Below, piece after piece: positions 17,885 to 21,150 of a stretch of DNA of 21,150 nt. The position numbers were made by a program, and so were the translations under genes. The first letter of the stretch is position 1. Each line of letters begins with the position of its first letter. The notes beneath the pieces were generated by a model, which saw only the letters and a list, made by a program, of their open reading frames with translations, searched no databases and was not told the origin of the DNA. The DNA is from Kofleriaceae bacterium. Its GTDB lineage: Bacteria > Myxococcota_A > Polyangia > Haliangiales > Haliangiaceae. The stretch spans positions 1 to 21,150 of the forward strand of contig JBKJLC010000210.1 in the NCBI GenBank assembly GCA_046597055.1, given 5' to 3'.

Positions 17885-18139
17885 CTACAGGTTGAGGCCG
17901 GCGAGCCGCTCGCCGCAGGTCGCCTGGATCGCCTCGGGGTACGGCGCGCACGCGTTCCAGAACGCGCCGGTCCACGCGACCGGGCCCAGGTGGTACTGGC
18001 CGGTGTGCGGCTCGCCGAGCACCGGCGTCGGGCCGTCGTCACCACCGCCACCGCCGCCCCCGTCGGGGCCCGCGCCGTCCCCGTCGCCGCCGCAGGCGGC
18101 CGCGAGCATCATCATCACCAGGACCGGTGCTCGCCTCAT
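17885..18139 (-). pseudogene. Short lipoprotein, probably the truncated N-terminus of a larger secreted (possibly expansin/DPBB-like) protein
   Basis: Lipobox LAAAC, Gly/Asp linker, then only ~45 aa of globular-looking sequence (GEPHTGQYHLGPVAW...NACAPYP...LAGL) before TAG; no continuation before serA. Family call is from recalled similarity and is unverified. Confidence 0.5.
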
Positions 18140-18247
18140 GGACCGCCACGGTACCAGCTCGGCGCCGGGACCCGCCGGCGGTTCTTCGGCGCAAGCTGGC
18201 GCAAGCCGGCAAGCGCCCGCGTCACGCCCACCCGCCGCTGGCGCCGA

Positions 18248-20476
18248 TCACTTCGCGGCGGGGCCGCGCGTCATGTCCCCGAGGATGAACAGCGACTCCT
18301 CGACCCACGGGTCGCGCGCCAGGCCGTCGCGCCAGCGGGTCGCGCGGTCGTCGGCCTTGCCACCGCCGGGCCGCGGCGCGACCGCCGCGACCTGGGCGTC
18401 GAGCAGCGCGACCTGGAACCGGGGCCCGACCTGGTCGAGCTCCGGCGACGCCGCCTCGAGCGCCGCGCGCTGCGCCTTGCGCCGCGCCTCCCAGGCGGGC
18501 AGCGCGAGCGGCACCAGGGTGTCGTCGCGCCGCGCCTTCATGAGCGCCGAACTCGCGGCGACCTTGGCGAACCCGGCGTGCTTGCTGATCCGCTCGGCGC
18601 TGCGCTTCACCAGCAGCTCCTTCTTCCAGGTCGCGAGCGGCCAGTCGACGTGCTTGGCCGGATCGATCTGCGACCACTCGATCGCGTGATCGAGCGAGCG
18701 CTCGCCGATGTCCGTCAGGTGGCCGGCCGGGTCGGGCAGCAAGATGTCGGGCATCACGCCCTCGCGCTGGGTCGACGCGCCGTTGACCCGGAAGAACTGC
18801 TGCACCGTGATCTTGAGGACGCCCAGCTCGATCGCGCCGCCGGTCGCCCGGTCGAGATTGGCGAGCGACTGCACCGTGCCCTTGCCGTGGGTGGCCGCGG
18901 TGCCGACCACGACCGCGCGCTGGTAGTCCTGGAGTGCGCCGGCGACGATCTCGGAGGCCGAGGCGCTGAACCGATCGACCAGCACCACGACCTGGCCGTC
19001 GTACTCGGTGCCGGGCTCGTCGTCGGCGAGGACCTCGCGGCGGTCGGCGCTGTCCTGGACCTGGACCACCGGCCCCCGGTCGACCAGGAGCCCGGTCATC
19101 TCGACCGCGTCGTTGAGGAAGCCGCCGCCGTTGCTGCGGATGTCGATGATGACGCCGCCGACCTTGCGGCCCTTCAGCTCGCGCAGCAGCTTGCGCACGT
19201 CACCGGCAGCGGTGCGCTGGCCGTTGCCCTGGCCCCCGTAGAAGCTCGGCAGGTAGATGTAGCCAAAGGCGGGCTGGCCCTTGCGGGTCAGCACCGCGCC
19301 GCGCGCGTACGACTCTTCGAGCACGACCACGTCGCGGGTGATCGCGACCGTCTCCTCGTCGCCGGTCGGCTTCTGGACCCGCAGCCGCACCACCGTGCCC
19401 TTCTTGCCGCGGATCATCTTCACGACTTCATCGATGCGCATGTCGACGACCTCGACCGGATCCTTGCCGTCCTGGGTCACCGACAGGATCAGATCGCCGG
19501 CCGCGAGCCGGCCCTGACGCCAGCTGGCGCCGCCGGGCACCAGCTCGGTGACCTCGATGTAGTGGTCGCGCTCGCGCAGCACCGCCCCGATACCCTCGAG
19601 CGAGCCGGTCATCTGGATGTCGAAGTTGGCCTTGTCGGCCGGCGGCAGGTAGGTCGTGTGGGGATCGAGCACCGAGCCGACCGCGTTGACCAGATCGGCC
19701 GCGGCATCGAGCGGGCCCGGCGTGCGCAGGCGGGCAAACCGGCCGTCGTAGGCCTTGAGCAGATCGGCGCGGGCCTTGACCTCGCGGCCCTCGCGGGTGG
19801 TCGGAATCTGGGCGATCGGGGTGGCCGCTGCCTCGGGCTCGGACTCGTCGATGCCGGCGTCCTTGCCGTCCTTCTTGGGCGGCGCCAGCCGCGCCTCCAT
19901 CCCGGCGACCCGCTCGAGCACCTCGAGCTCGAGCCGCCGCCGCCAGCGGTCGCGCAGGTCCAGCTCGGTCTTGGCCAGCTCGACCTTCTCGGGATCGACC
20001 TCGATGAACTCTTCGTTGGTCGAGTCAAACCGGGAGGCCAGTAGCTCCTGCACCAGCGTGCCGACCACCACGACCCTGGCCGCGAACAGCTTGGCGCCGT
20101 CGTGCGCGAGGTCGAGCGAGCCCGACCGCAGCTGGTCGTCGATCTGGTCGGCGTGCTTGCCGAGCGCGGCGGCGTCGCTCTGCAGCAGAAACATCTTGCC
20201 GGCGTCGAGCTGCTCGACGTACGTCGCGAACGCCGCGCGCGACAGGGTGTCGTCCAGGGTGCGCCGGCGCAGGTGCTCCGTCTCGAACAGGCCGAGCACG
20301 GTGGCCGCCAGCGCCGCCTCGCGCGGGTCCGGCGGCGGCACCTCGACCGCGGCCCCCAGCGCGTCGGGCGCGTCCGGCATGCGGCGCGGTGACTCGCCCG
20401 AGGGCGGCCCCGAGGCCTTGCAGGCCAGGGCGGCGAGAGACAGGACCAGGACCGCACCGGCAGAGAGGCGTGACAT
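18248..20476 (-). CDS. prc: Carboxy-terminal processing (tail-specific) protease, S41A with PDZ domain; lipoprotein
   Basis: Lipobox ALAC; DPHTTY; PDZ loop LEGIGA; DIRSNGGG; catalytic Ser in SASASEI and Lys in HGKGTVQ; STQREGV. Confidence 0.93.
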   Translation of the reverse strand: MSRLSAGAVLVLSLAALACKASGPPSGESPRRMPDAPDALGAAVEVPPPDPREAALAATVLGLFETEHLRRRTLDDTLSRAAFATYVEQLDAGKMFLLQSDAAALGKHADQIDDQLRSGSLDLAHDGAKLFAARVVVVGTLVQELLASRFDSTNEEFIEVDPEKVELAKTELDLRDRWRRRLELEVLERVAGMEARLAPPKKDGKDAGIDESEPEAAATPIAQIPTTREGREVKARADLLKAYDGRFARLRTPGPLDAAADLVNAVGSVLDPHTTYLPPADKANFDIQMTGSLEGIGAVLRERDHYIEVTELVPGGASWRQGRLAAGDLILSVTQDGKDPVEVVDMRIDEVVKMIRGKKGTVVRLRVQKPTGDEETVAITRDVVVLEESYARGAVLTRKGQPAFGYIYLPSFYGGQGNGQRTAAGDVRKLLRELKGRKVGGVIIDIRSNGGGFLNDAVEMTGLLVDRGPVVQVQDSADRREVLADDEPGTEYDGQVVVLVDRFSASASEIVAGALQDYQRAVVVGTAATHGKGTVQSLANLDRATGGAIELGVLKITVQQFFRVNGASTQREGVMPDILLPDPAGHLTDIGERSLDHAIEWSQIDPAKHVDWPLATWKKELLVKRSAERISKHAGFAKVAASSALMKARRDDTLVPLALPAWEARRKAQRAALEAASPELDQVGPRFQVALLDAQVAAVAPRPGGGKADDRATRWRDGLARDPWVEESLFILGDMTRGPAAK

Positions 20477-20604
20477 CCCCTCCAGACTAGCGCTGTCCGC
20501 GCCCGCGCGCCCCTGCCGGCGATATTCCCAGGCGATCCTCGAGCCGGTAGCGCGCCGCGATCAGGCCCCCGCCGGACCCGCGTCGATCGTGCCACACTCG
20601 CGCC

Positions 20605-21150
20605 GTGCCGGGTGGCAGCGCGGTCCAGCTCGGCGCAGTCGCGGTCGCGTGCATCCTGGTCGGATGTGACCGGCCACCGACGTGCGCGGAGCTGGCGCGC
20701 GCGCAGCGCTGGGAGCCGGCCATCACGCGGTGCCGCGCGGCGTTCGCCCGCAATCACGATCCCGACGACGGCCTCCGGCTGGTGGTCGCGCTCGAGCGCC
20801 GCCAGCGGATCGAGGAGGCGGTGCCGATCGCCGAGCAGCTGCGCACCGGCGGCCGCCCCGCCGACGGCGCGTACTACCTCGGCGTGGCCGCGATGAAGGC
20901 CGAGCAGTTCGACCGGGCCGAGCCGTGGCTCCACCAGGCGATCGACGGATACCGCGCGGCCGGCGACGATCACCGGGTCGCCGAGGCGATGCACCAGCTG
21001 GCCGGGGTCCACGTCGCGCGCGGCGCGTACCGGGCCGCGGCCGCGGTCCTGACCGACGGCCTGCCCAGCGCCCGTCGCAGCGGTGACCCGCGGCTGGTCG
21101 GCTTCTTCGAGCTGGCGCGCGCCGACCTGCTGCGCCGCACCGGCGACGTC
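20605..21150 (+). CDS. TPR-containing lipoprotein, 5' part only (runs off the window)
   Basis: Frame not listed in the ORF track: GTG 20605 MPGGSAVQLGAVAVACILVGC (lipobox LVGC), then TPR-like helices (GAYYLGVAAMKAEQFDRAEPWLHQAI; AEAMHQLAGVHVARGAYRAA); no stop to the end of the window. Confidence 0.75.
   Translation, partial: MPGGSAVQLGAVAVACILVGCDRPPTCAELARAQRWEPAITRCRAAFARNHDPDDGLRLVVALERRQRIEEAVPIAEQLRTGGRPADGAYYLGVAAMKAEQFDRAEPWLHQAIDGYRAAGDDHRVAEAMHQLAGVHVARGAYRAAAAVLTDGLPSARRSGDPRLVGFFELARADLLRRTGDV

Noticed and set aside
20580..20594. sigma54-like TGGCACG-ATCG-ACGC on the minus strand upstream of prc
   Set aside because: The -12 element is poor (ACGC against TTGC), it overlaps the divergent gene's -10, and prc already has a leaderless-type -10.

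Overview
Very GC-rich bacterial DNA; gene content and style suggest Myxococcota (inference). From left to right: the probable 3' end of an upstream gene, then a three-gene nitrate/nitrite reduction operon (fused NirB-NirD nitrite reductase, fused 4x[4Fe-4S] DmsB/NrfC-like plus DmsC-like membrane anchor, NasA/NarB-like Mo-bisPGD nitrate reductase). The operon is bracketed by copies of a REP-like repeat. The downstream repeat cluster forms a ~195-bp MITE-like element with perfect terminal inverted repeats and a flanking direct repeat. Next come a secreted TPR protein and a PhnD-like binding protein divergent from a TonB-dependent receptor, a hemerythrin with a sigma54-like promoter, an MFS transporter, a D-2-hydroxyglutarate dehydrogenase-like flavoprotein convergent with serA, an apparently truncated lipoprotein, a lipoprotein tail-specific protease (Prc/Tsp), and the 5' part of a TPR lipoprotein. 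Several genes appear leaderless (TANNNT 6-8 nt before the start codon). Most of the long overlapping ORFs in the track are GC-rich shadow frames. No RNA genes or CRISPR arrays were seen.
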